Assembly (NCBI GenBank): GCA_965655095.1
Contig: OZ296655.1
Span: 56,420,001 to 56,484,000, forward strand
Origin: Haplodiscus bocki
Taxonomy: Eukaryota
DNA: 64,000 bases
Direction of reading: 5' to 3'
Within the stretch, counting starts at the first letter, position 1. Each line of letters opens with the position of its first letter. Shown here piece by piece: positions 40,401-51,860 of the stretch. The position numbers and the translations under genes were made by a program. Under the pieces are notes generated by a model. The model saw only the letters and a program-made list of their open reading frames with translations, did not search any database and had not been told where the DNA came from.

Positions 40401-42820
40401 GGACTTTGGTGACTTTTGCTAAATTTGTACAGCCCTCAAAAATGATTTTACTTCTTTCTGTGTTTCCGGTGGTAAAAATTTTATGGCTGCTTCGGTGTTT
40501 TTCGTCTTCGGTCGTATTCCGTCTTTTCATATATGAGGCTTTATCCAGATCCTTTCCTTTTGATTTCCTTTTCCAGCGGTTCGCTTCGTATCCGTCATCT
40601 TCAACTTCCTGGAACACTGTTTATGGTTCAGTTAAGCTATTTTGCTTTGTTCCTTTTGGGACGAGTAATATGTGGTAAAACAATGTGGGTGTCATCCGGT
40701 TTTTTGGTTGTTCATTTTCGCTTGGAAATTTGTTTATGTCTGGGGTTATCCATAAAATCACTTGCGGAGTCTAAAGTATTAAAATATCTTTCTTTCGTTT
40801 GAAGCACCACAAACGCAAGCTTCAAAAGTTTGTTCATCTTGTTTCATTAGTCCTTGTGCGTGTTCTAAGTCGATTTTGGAAATCCGAAACTCTTTTCCCT
40901 TGTTTTTTGCAAATTTTGTGGAAATCTAATGCAGTAGATCTTTGATATTTAGCATTTGCAGTCACTCTTTTTTGCAGCAGTCATTTACTTTATCTGAGTG
41001 TTGGGCATTTTCTACTGTTCGATACTCCTTACATTTTTTCCAGCGGGTTGTATCATTTTGTTTTCTCAGCCTTTTTTGAAATTTTGCATAGAAATTTTTT
41101 GTTGTAATATTTTGGAATCAACAAAGTAATTTTTGAATGTGGACCGGTGTTGGTCCGCATTTTTGCTTTTGGGTTTTTTTCCGATGTCAGCGAATTTTTT
41201 ATTTGCCTCCTTTTATATTTTTAATTGTTTTGAAAAAGTAGTAACTGTGTAACCGTTGATTTACTTCGTCTCCTTATTCGTTGTTTTTTACAGTTGCTTG
41301 AATTTGATGGGTCCAGTATTCAAACTTTAATGCGTTGAACTTATTTCATCCTAGCAACGGTCTCAAACCTTTGCGGCTGGAAATCATTACCGATAATTGT
41401 TTTCTACTTTAGCTGCTTCTGTTGTAATAGTTTGTTTTCTTCAAGTTTGCTTCAATTCTGTCAACGTCTTAATAATTTTTTGTTAATTTTTGCTTACGGT
41501 AATAGATTTTTTGTTTCGACCGAGGTTTTTGGTACCTTGTAATCGATAACTTCGTATCTATTAATAGTTCAGTTTTTTCTCCCTTTATTTCTAACGTCAC
41601 TTTTATTTTATTGTTGGTTTATCGTAACTGGTGTATTGGTTTTTATCATCTCAATCGGGTCATATTCATTGTCCTCTTTTTTGTCTGGTTCGTCTTTCTG
41701 GTTGATCTGCTGTAACTGCTTTGTCTTGCAAATTTTCGCGTAATGGTCCTCCATTCCATATTTATTACTGGTTCCTTATCTTGCGGGACACTTGTATTCT
41801 GTTGTCCAATTTTGAGTTCCGCGTGAGTGGCAAAGTGACATGACTTTGTTTTATGAGTTGTTTTTCCTTTTGATTTTCCAACTTTTAGGATTGTCTTTTC
41901 TTTGTTCAATTTGAACCACCGTACGAAGTCTTTTCCGTCTGCTTTACGTTTTTAATTTTTTCTAATGGGTCCAATACTAGTTGCACTGTTATGTCTCTTT
42001 GGTCTAGGTGTTCTTGCCGTGGTTTTGTGTCAGTGATAGATGTAACTATTTATGATAATATTTATGATTGTTATGTTTTTGAATTCGTGCTTTTTCAATT
42101 AACAGAATTTCTTCAGTGTTGCTCCGGTGATTGAATTTGTTGTTGTTTGGTCCAAAAAACTCTCCTCGGTTGTAGTATACATTCCGAGACAGTGTAAAGT
42201 GGGCTGCCAATCTGTGATAAGTTCTTTGAGAGATTCTTTCTGGAATTTTTTGCTGAAGTTTGTAGTTGTCCTTTCGTGTATTTCGGTTGTTCCCAGTGCT
42301 CATAAGAAATGTTTCCATTTTTTCTGGTAATTTTCTGAATGTTTTGTTCTATTATGTCCGTTCATGTTATCATCGATTGTATCTCTATTTCGTACAGCTG
42401 TTCGGTGTATTGTGGAAACCGTTTTAATCACGTTTTCGGTTTGAATGTTTCCGTTCCATCCAGTCGGATTGACTCAAAGTACGGTATCTGGACACTATCG
42501 TTTTCGGCCTTATTTGTTTAACGGTTTAAAAACCTACTGATTGCTCCATTTTGTGTTCCTGATTGTTCTAAAAAGTTTACTTCCGGGAAGACGGTTTACT
42601 CCTATAAATAATTTTTGGCTCCGTATTTGATTGATGGTCTACTGTGTTTAGTTGAAATCAGAATCAAGAACTATAAAGATTATATAGCGTAACCAAACAG
42701 TATTTTATTTCAAGCAATGCACCGCTATTGTATTGAACGATTCAAATGAGAGTCTTTTTAAAATAGTTTATGCGGGTAGGTTGTTGGTAAACATGAAATT
42801 CAGTTCACTGTCTATCACAA
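37460..42820 (-). mobile_element. Heavily decayed Ty3/Gypsy LTR retrotransposon
   Basis: Integrase-core remnant FLAINFFNKRPSA...YGVPKTIWNDN (38394-38732), preceded by a GHSG zinc-finger-like motif (~38910). Fragmented upstream pol/gag-like frames. Possible LTR remnant at ~42640-42820. Confidence 0.55.
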
Positions 42821-43313
42821 TATCCAAATAAAATGAGCTAAGAATTTGGTTGCTTCTGGAAAATTATTAATTCTCACACCAAGTCTCCACCTGAAACAAC
42901 CAGCATGTGCGCCATTTTCATGCTAAATGCCGCAAAGTTGCTGTTCACAAAAAAGATCACACCAAATCTGCAGTGAAAACCCTTGAAGATTTGTGCACAC
43001 CCGTCATTACTTGTAGCAACAATTTAGGCTTGCCGAGTCAAAATATGTATGTAGTACAGCCATTGTTCAAAAACGATTCTGTGCCGATTCAGTTGAAACA
43101 TGGCTTTAATAAAAAGGCAAAAATAAATCTTTTACCGTTTTCTACGAAGATTTTGAAGTATGCTGTGGCTCCGCCTTTCAAAGTTCGGGAATCGAAATTT
43201 TCATCCCAAAAAAAAGTCAAAACTAAAACTTTCGACCAATTTTTTGAAACGCGGAATCAAGTCATTTTTGATCAAGGTCACAAACATTTACGATTACGTA
43301 ATGAACCTAAACC

Positions 43314-44171
43314 GGTGATGCGACAATTCGGACCAAATACCAAATTCGGACCAGAGACAGATTCGCACCAAACACAAATTCGGCCCAAAATTTTAATTAC
43401 CTCTAATTAGTGATAATTAGCAGCGTTTATAAAATCTTTCACAATCGTAGCTCATAATAGTAATTATCGCCAATTAGAAGTATGAATGAATACGAATGAA
43501 AATATTACACAGGAAATTTGATCTTGTAAGTTTCAGAACTTTGGCATTTCGCAATCCCTTGAAATCTACCAGAAATTTCCGTTTTCCAATTTTGTGTCAA
43601 AATGCGTTAAAGACAAATTAGAACAAGATGCCTGGCTACCGCTACCGCACGGGTCTTCGTTTTCTTCTAACTTTGTTAAAAGTGCGTTTTAGAGGGAAAA
43701 AGAGATTCTATTTGGAAACTAAAAATTTCTAATTGGAAAGATTTTGAAAAAAGCAAAATTGCCTCCAGAAAAGCGTTTCGAAGCAAATGCACATTAATTT
43801 TTCAAAATTTATGTGAGACAAAAAATCCTCCCTCAAGTTTTTTTGAGACTTACGGGCAGGACCGATTCTGGCCGTTCTCAGTTTGTTGCTTCAAAAGTTA
43901 CTCTGGAGGTCTAGCTTTTGGGATATTTACTGCAATATCTACCGTCCCCAAAGAACAAAGTTAATGCTGCCCGGTTAATTTATATCAGAACTGTTTGCAA
44001 AATTAGTATACTTTCAAAAAATAAAATGAGTTAGGCTTATATAATAATTAAGTAATTAAGTTAATTACCGAAATAATTTGGGCCGAATTTCAAAATTGGG
44101 TCCGAATTTGTCTTTGGTCCGAATCAGGTTTTTGGTCCGAATTCGTCTTTGGTCCGAATTGTCGTAGAGCC
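43314..44171. mobile_element. Non-autonomous Mutator/MULE-like element with a perfect 9-bp TSD
   Basis: TSD ACCTAAACC at 43305-43313 and 44172-44180. TIRs GG..(g/a)cgacaattcggaccaaa with reiterated aattcggacc subrepeats. A family A fragment is nested at ~43622. Confidence 0.85.
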
Positions 44172-46542
44172 ACCTAAACCTTCTTAATTTCCCCTGCTGA
44201 CCTTGCAGGGAAAACTTGTATGGTGCATCCATGCATGCTGACAAACTTTTTTTGAAAAACATGGAAAGTTCAGGCACCTTGCATATAACTTTCAGACAGC
44301 AGATTCATGCAGCATAGAGAATGTTGCAAGAATTGGCCTTCAACATATAACATCTTTATAGAACTTGCCTGCAACGTGCAAGATTCAAACAAAAACTTCA
44401 TACTGAATGAAGTTCAGGGAAAGAAAATTTGGTCTCGCATAAGGTTTTGAGCACTACTTCAACTAAGCAAAAAATTTAAAGTTATTTGTTGATTTAACAA
44501 ATGTTCAAACATAAGAAACAAACTTTCAGCGCTATAAGTTGACGAGAGTTTGTAATTAAGGAAAATACTTAAGTTTTCAGTTGAAGACTCTTATTTTTTA
44601 CCCACCAATATTTCATTTGTGTAATTTTTAGTGATAATTTTGTTTTTCCGTGAAAGAATGTCGAACTTTCCTATTTTCATCTAATTACCGACATGTGTTG
44701 GATATCAATCCTTTCATTGGTCACAGTGAAAAAATCCGTAAAATGAATAGACCATCATCGTAGTGGAAATTTTATTGCACCCCTTGTTGACCAAAAAATT
44801 ACATTTTTTGCGAGAATCTTGCAACATTCGTCTAGAAACATAATTCTTGCCAGATCTTGCAAGATAATTCAATCCTTGTAAAATTCTTGTGATTCAATAC
44901 ATTTCTTGCGAGATTCATTTGGGGAATACATTTCTTGTAAGATACTGGCAAGAATCTTGCAAGATATCTATTGTCTGCAACAACCTTGAATGATTTCAAT
45001 CTTTGTTGCAAAGGAACGTATTTTGGGAACCGTGCACGAAGAATTTTTCATGATTTTTACAAAATCTTTTTATTTCAAATTGCAGCGGCTCCAGTCGATT
45101 TTCGTTAGTTTCAAACAAAGGACAAAGTTTCCGTAGTGCATCAAAAAATCTTGTGAACTTTGCCTCTGTGAGACAAAATGTAAGCATGTAAGTTTTTGTC
45201 TAAATCATAGAAAGGTATCTTGGAGACCTGCAAGTTTATAGAAGTTTCTTCTGCAACATTAATTAGGGTTCTGATAATTTCATCGCGCAACATATGTTAT
45301 ATGTTTTTTATGAAATCAATTTTTTGTGATTGCTTCTTCCTGTTTTTCATACATTTTTTTTCAATTTGAGAATTTGAAAAATTTGCTCAATGACAATTTT
45401 GGAAAACTGGCTTGGTTGGAACTTTCTTAGCTTATCAACTCAGACTCAAAATCTTGAGGTCGATAAACGAGTCAGTGTCCAAGTATTTCCAATTGCTGAG
45501 AACCCGGATTTACTTGCCTCAAAAATCAAACCAAGCGCCAGAATTTGCCAAACAAAAAGCGGATTGTGATATCATTTTTATTTTTCAAGCTTTTCTCCAC
45601 AGATGACTAAAAATTCAACCGGATTTATGCACTGGCAGAATATTACTTGCATCTTATTGTTTCACACAAAATTCTCCCATGAAAATACGTTGAACTTTTT
45701 TACCTTTATGATTTAAAATTTTCTGAAAGATTTCAGAATTTGAGTTAAATTAACATAATTGTGATAATCTTCTTCTTTACTTGAAGAGATACCATACCAC
45801 AAAAAGTGCTGATGGTGATTGTGCAGCTTCGAGCAAGAATTTGAAGTCCAAATGAAAAAAAAATTCTTCACCAAAAGAGTTCCCAACAACAATATCACCT
45901 AAAAATACCTTAAAAGGTAAATTGAAACTTGAGAGATTCTTTTACTGTAAACTTCTGAGGAGTCAGAATCAAAAAAGTAATTTAATGGTCACTTGAATGA
46001 CTCAAAGTATGTGCAACTGGAAAGCGTAACAGGCAAAGTTGAAGTTAATTTTTTTCGGAAGTTAAATCACAGTTACTTCTATTCAATTGGCATCGCAAAA
46101 CAAAACGTAACTCTGAAAAATGTGTACAAAACGGATTAAAGGACATCCTTCTGACGAGAATGATAAATGCGTTGCCAAAAGAATGATTACCAGCATCTAA
46201 GACTGGAAGATTTGCCGCACTGACACACGGAAAAATTTTATTGTCTGGAGCGCAGACATGCACTCAAGCATCGTACTGAGTAGGACGGTTTCTTATTCAA
46301 CAGTAGTAACAGTTTTCATGTAACCATTATTGCGTAATCATAAAAATAGTCCGATCATCGCGGAATACAAGGCGCAATAACAGATGAAGAAGTGAAATTT
46401 TTTTGAATATTGCATTCATCATCCACGTGTTTCTGGCAAATCATGCAACAATTTGAGTCCCACCAGCTCAGACTGGACCAAGTTCATGAAACGGTGAGAA
46501 ACGCATGTAGTATGAATGAATAACATATCAACATTCATATTT

Positions 46543-46742
46543 NNNNNNNNNNNNNNNNNNNNNNNNNNNNNNNNNNNNNNNNNNNNNNNNNNNNNNNNNN
46601 NNNNNNNNNNNNNNNNNNNNNNNNNNNNNNNNNNNNNNNNNNNNNNNNNNNNNNNNNNNNNNNNNNNNNNNNNNNNNNNNNNNNNNNNNNNNNNNNNNNN
46701 NNNNNNNNNNNNNNNNNNNNNNNNNNNNNNNNNNNNNNNNNN
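46543..46742. other. Assembly gap (200 N)
   Basis: Run of N. Confidence 1.
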
Positions 46743-47639
46743 CTGCGCCACTTCCTTTCACTTTGGGGTAATTTCAAATTTTTCTGACAGGTTTACTTTA
46801 CGTATATGGCTAATGAACATCAGCAGAGATTGATTCACTACCCAACGTTTTTTCTGCATCTTCCGAAGCAATGTTTACAGAGATAATCCTGAACACTGTT
46901 CCGGGCTGTAGACGTATTGTCAAGGGTTGAGTTCATAAAGCGTGGTCTGGGGGGCATCGCAAGTAAAGACTGGATGATATCCTCTATATCGCTCGGGGAA
47001 ACCTTCAACACTGGTGCCCTCTCGGTGCAAAGGTTTGTAGAAGTTGTAGCCATTATTGTGGGTGCGTGGCCACTGATCGCATCCTACCGCATAAAGACTG
47101 GGAAGAAAGACGATGGTGATAGTTTTGTTGTATAGTACAGTACTCTGGTTTTCACTTCGTTTCCGTTGACACACGTTCATCCACCTTCTTTTGTTTTAGT
47201 AGAAGAGTACTGACGAGTACCTGTAGCTGGAACAGATGGCCAGACGAAAAGCGGGTTCCTCAATACGATTCTGATTTTATTGTTGAGGTTTTGGGTCATT
47301 TTTGCTTCGGTAAAAGTCGTAAATAGTCCTTTACTCCTCGGATTTGCTGGAAGAAGTCTACAGTGTTTCTAACTTCGTTTTTAGTTGGTTCCTCTTTTAG
47401 CTGGCTTGGTTCGGGGCAATATGGGAGATGTCCATTATTGTGCCAGGTTTGTTCCTTAATCGCACCTCCGTCTGATTCATTAAATTTCGCTATCTGTACA
47501 AAATGGGAAAAAAACATATGGTTCGCGCCTACGTTTGTTTACCGGATATTCGCGACTTGCCTTCACTTTTCAGACCGATATTTGCCAATTGGGTTCAGCC
47601 TTAAGAAATATTTTTGTGAACCCTAAAAAAACTGTATCG

Positions 47640-48055
47640 CCAAAAAGAACGCCGTTTTGACTATCTTGCCGAAATTTTTCCGCTCAAGGTCCGGAAAAAT
47701 GAAGCAGATTTTTCACAATGAAATTCCTCAGAATACTTCCCTGGACAAGAAGAATGCAGTTTTGACAACCCTGCAGAAGTTTTGTCGCCAAAAGCCCGAA
47801 GTTTTTTCGACCAAGTCGAAAAATAATAAAAAACTGTAAATTTTTGGATGGAGATTTCTTTCTCAAAAATTTCCTATGGATCGTAGAATGCAGCTTTGGC
47901 AAACACGCTGATTAATTTTTGCTAAAATTTGGTAAATTTTCAAATCAAACTCAGAAAAAAGGTACAAATGTATATTAATCTCTACAAAACTATTTTTTCT
48001 CAAAATGTTCCCCTGGACAGCTAGAATGCAGTTATAACCACCCTGCTCAAATCTC
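47640..48055. repeat. Degenerate tandem repeat (agaatgcagttttgacaaccctgc units)
   Basis: The motif recurs at ~47645, 47750, 47885 and 48022. Confidence 0.55.
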
Positions 48056-48059
48056 AATT

Positions 48060-48360
48060 GGTTTCTTGTCGGAAAAATTGGGTTTTTAAAATAAAATCCT
48101 GATTTTTTGATAAAAACCGATGTTGTAAAATTTGCTGTAGAATGCGTATCAATCAATTTAACTTCTCGAAAATGTTTTCTCGACCTGATCTGTGAATTTT
48201 TGCGAAAAGTCAGAAACATTCTGATTTTGGAGAAGTTAGGAATTTTGACTACACAAGGATTATTTTCATCAAACAAAATTCTTAAAACTTTTCAGAAGGA
48301 GTTTTTACCAAAATTGGTGGGCGGAAAGTATGCGACGGTGCTGGATGGCCTTTTTTTGTT
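48060..48360 (-). repeat. Dispersed repeat family A, reverse copy
   Basis: aaatttgctgtagaatgcgtatcaa ... tttaccaaaattggtgggcggaaa. Confidence 0.55.
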
Positions 48361-50151
48361 TTCTGTTAGTCAGCCACAACTTTGTTGTTTTCAAATCTGC
48401 AATTTCTGAACAAAAGACACCGCCCTTGAGAAATCGTTTTAGTTTTCTTATTGCCCATTGCAGAAACCTAGGGTCAGCAGCTCTCTCTTCAGATGATAAA
48501 AAAATGGTGAGCATACAAATTCTCAATCATTTTTAGACCCCCATTGGACCATTGGACAGGCACCTACTCTTTCGTGAACTCGACTTCTAGTGGTTCTGAA
48601 GAAAATGAGCAGTTACAAACTGAAGAACTAGCTTCGCACAGACTTTTGTCAGGACTTGGAAGAGCTTGTCCGCAATCTTCTCTTAACTGACGCATTCCAA
48701 TTTTAAATTTGCCAAGGATTCAGTTTTTCCTGTCCGGATCATCTTCACTGTTGGGGACAATTTTTCAGCCTTTCGCTTGTTGTTGTAGCTCCCTGATGAT
48801 TTATTTTAGATGGTTGGATCGAAGAATAGAAGCCTGTAATGCGGAGTTTCATTCTCTTGGGAGGGAATAGAGGCAACTGAAAAGTTGCTCCACGATGAAG
48901 AGTCCCGATGTGGGTCTTATCATAACCTTCTGTGGATTCCGACCTAGTCTCCGTACTGAGCACAACTAGTTTTGCTTTTTTACAGTTTCCAGGTGTAAAT
49001 GGAGTCGATTCAGCTTGTGTTCTTTTATCACTATTGTGTTCCATGTCTTTCAACTGACTGCCATAGTTTTATGTGCGATCATCAATCAGTTCAGTTACTT
49101 TCCTGTTGCTTTGGACATTAGACTCTCCAAATCAGTTGCATCAAATGCCAGAATATTCAAAACCTTTTCTTGTTGATTGTTCTATTCTTTTGATTTATTT
49201 CCTTTGAGATGGTTGAATATGATTATTCGAACTAAATCTAGTTGTTACGTTGAAGCAAACACTGTTTTTCACAAAGAAAAAGTCAACGAAAATGAGGGCT
49301 CATCAGCCAGTTAGGCGAGACTTTGAAGGCATCTGTTATTGGCAATGACACTAAGGAGAAAGGAGTAAAAACTAAACTAATGAAACAGAACATTTTTTCC
49401 ACAAATGATTAAAAAACAAGTTAAACCCTTTGCAAAGAGCTCAAATTGTCAACATTTGCAAAAAAAAGAAAAATATAGTTGCTGCAATCAAAAACACTGC
49501 TCACGAAGCAATTTTGACGACGAAATGACTGTGTTTAGTTTTAAAATCTCGGTTATGTCGATTAAAACGTCCTCAGGATATGAACTTGACTGTCTGAATT
49601 ATAATCCTGACCGAATCGATTTTTCGCGGAACACAGAAGAAACTCTGCTCAAGACGGCATCTAGCTGAACTGATTCAAAAGTTAATCGTAACAGAAATGA
49701 AGAGATACGAAAGAATGAAACCATCGAGGACGACCATGTTTCAGAAAAGACATCAATCGTTCACCGGCAAGGGCATATTCGTCAGATTGGAGGATTGCGT
49801 TTTCCCTATCGTATTTTTGTGTGAGGCATAAAGCTTCCTCTACTTCAAAACATCCAGTTTTTCTCTACCTTTTTCACTACAGATGACGCCCTAATGCTTC
49901 CACAGGGTCACGGCCACAGTTTCCATCACTCGAATTGGACATCTTAATGACGAGTACTGGTGTCTGCTCCGGAATTTTCGTTAACTCCAAATATTGTTAT
50001 ATGAGAAAATAGCCTTGAAATTAGAAAGCGTGACTAACCACAAGCTGGTGTTTCAAGAAAGACAAAACTCGCAAAGCAACCTTAACTACGGAAATCATAC
50101 TGCTTAGTGCTTCATTTGTTGACTGTTTCCAAAATAACAAGAAGGAATGTA

Positions 50152-51300
50152 AGTAGTGTATAAACAGGCATTTGACGCCAAAAGCCGCGGACGCAGCATC
50201 ACCCCAAAATACGGCAAAATACGGCAAAAATACGGCAAATATGGTAAAATGTAAAAAAAAATATTTATACTTGTCAATGGGGGAGCACAGGAAAGAATTT
50301 TTAGTTTTTTAAAAATATTTTTTCATTTACATATCAATGGGGGTACACAGGAAAGAATTTTTAGTTTTGTAAAAATATTTGTTGTTTATGTATCAATGGG
50401 GGGAACACAGGAAAGAATTTTTAATTTTGTAAAAAATATTTTTCGTTTATATAAACGTGAAAAAATAATTCATCGTTTACATGAACGTAAAATTGAACAA
50501 CAATGGTAAAATGAACTAGCACGTGTATTTTTATATTAGTATTTCCTTTTCTATTTCGTCTCCATATAGCCTAGTGGTATTTGTTACATAGACTAAAGTT
50601 AAGGCTGTGCTTAATTGTATAGTCGTCGTGTTTGTGGTTCACGACTTCAACGTCCCACTGTCTTTGTCACATCACGCGCAAAAGCTATATGGGGGAACTG
50701 TCTACGTCTTGATGCTTGAAAAAGAGGAAAAGACCGATGGGGATATCTACCAGGAATGCTCACTCGGATATGCTAGAAATAGTAGATTAGAAAGTTGGCC
50801 AGTGGATATTTTTGATTTAAACGTAAAACACGATTTCTGAGAAATACAAAAACTCTGTCGACATAGCTTAAACATGTAGAGATTATAAACTTTTAAGCTA
50901 CAACAAAGTGTGATATGTCGTTGGATAGCTCGTTAAAAGTTATGTATACCCTGAAAATTTCAACTTTGTATCTATTATAATCTTTGAGAAAATTGACAAA
51001 AACAGTATATGTCGACATCCTTAAACATGTAGAGATTATAAAATTCTAAGCTACATTTACAAATGATATACCATTCGATAGGTCGTTAAAAGTTAAGTAA
51101 ACCCTGAAAATTTCAACTTTGTATCTATTATATTCTTCGAGAAAATTGACAAAAACGGCACATGACGTCATCCTTAAACATGTAGAGATTATAAAATTTT
51201 AACCTACATCAAAGTGTGATATATCATTCGATAGCTCGTTGAAATATTAGTGTACGTTGAAATTTTCAGCTTTGTATCTGTTTCCATTTCCGAGAAATTA
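50152..51300. repeat. Putative left terminal inverted repeat region with nested tandem repeats
   Basis: Starts AGTAGTG. (AAAATACGGC)x3 at ~50205-50240; three ~61-bp units (caatgggg..cacaggaaagaattttt) at 50273-50450; three 153-bp units (ttaaacatgtagagattataaa at 50868, 51021, 51174). The partner TIR is not in the window. Confidence 0.6.
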
Positions 51301-51441
51301 AAATTATACTTATCTATACAAGTATAAGTATCATTATATTATTACAAAAGTAGTATTCATACAAATATAAGAATAATTATACTAGTATTTGTATATTTAT
51401 TCATGTAAGTATATGCAAAATGTAAAGTATTTTTATGATCA

Positions 51442-51816
51442 TTACATATTTCTGAAACCTATAATTTCACCAGTATCACTATCTTCTGATAACTCATAAT
51501 AAACATCATATTCAATGGATTCGTTCTCTGTATCATCATCATTTTCATATTGTGATACACCATTATACAATTTTTTGATTTCTTGTAAAACATTAGGTTT
51601 TTTCAAATTAATCATATTTGTTATTTTAACAGTTAGATCAATCAGATCAAGAATAGCATCTTCACAATAATTCAAATCATATTTCTCGATTCTATCATAC
51701 ATTTTAAATCTTAACACTTCTGATACATAATATAATTTATTATTGTGTTCGAAATCAAACATGTTATTTTCATCAAAACTATCTAAATACAGCAAAACAT
51801 CTTTAATATCCTTCAT
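51442..51816 (-). CDS. Hypothetical acidic protein (124 aa) of the Maverick
   Basis: Intact ORF with a TAAATG start context, like neighbouring genes. Confidence 0.65.
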   Translation of the reverse strand: MKDIKDVLLYLDSFDENNMFDFEHNNKLYYVSEVLRFKMYDRIEKYDLNYCEDAILDLIDLTVKITNMINLKKPNVLQEIKKLYNGVSQYENDDDTENESIEYDVYYELSEDSDTGEIIGFRNM

Positions 51817-51860
51817 TTAAACTGTTCTAATTTATTTCAAATATTCAAAAATCATAGTTA

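Noticed and set aside
46419-46833. ORFs spanning the N run
   Set aside because: Artefacts of the assembly gap.
46838-49053. Possible non-LTR retrotransposon RT remnant on the minus strand
   Set aside because: Only faint resemblance (LRLLPKQ, ELTWH-like segments) and no YADD-type core seen; too weak to call.
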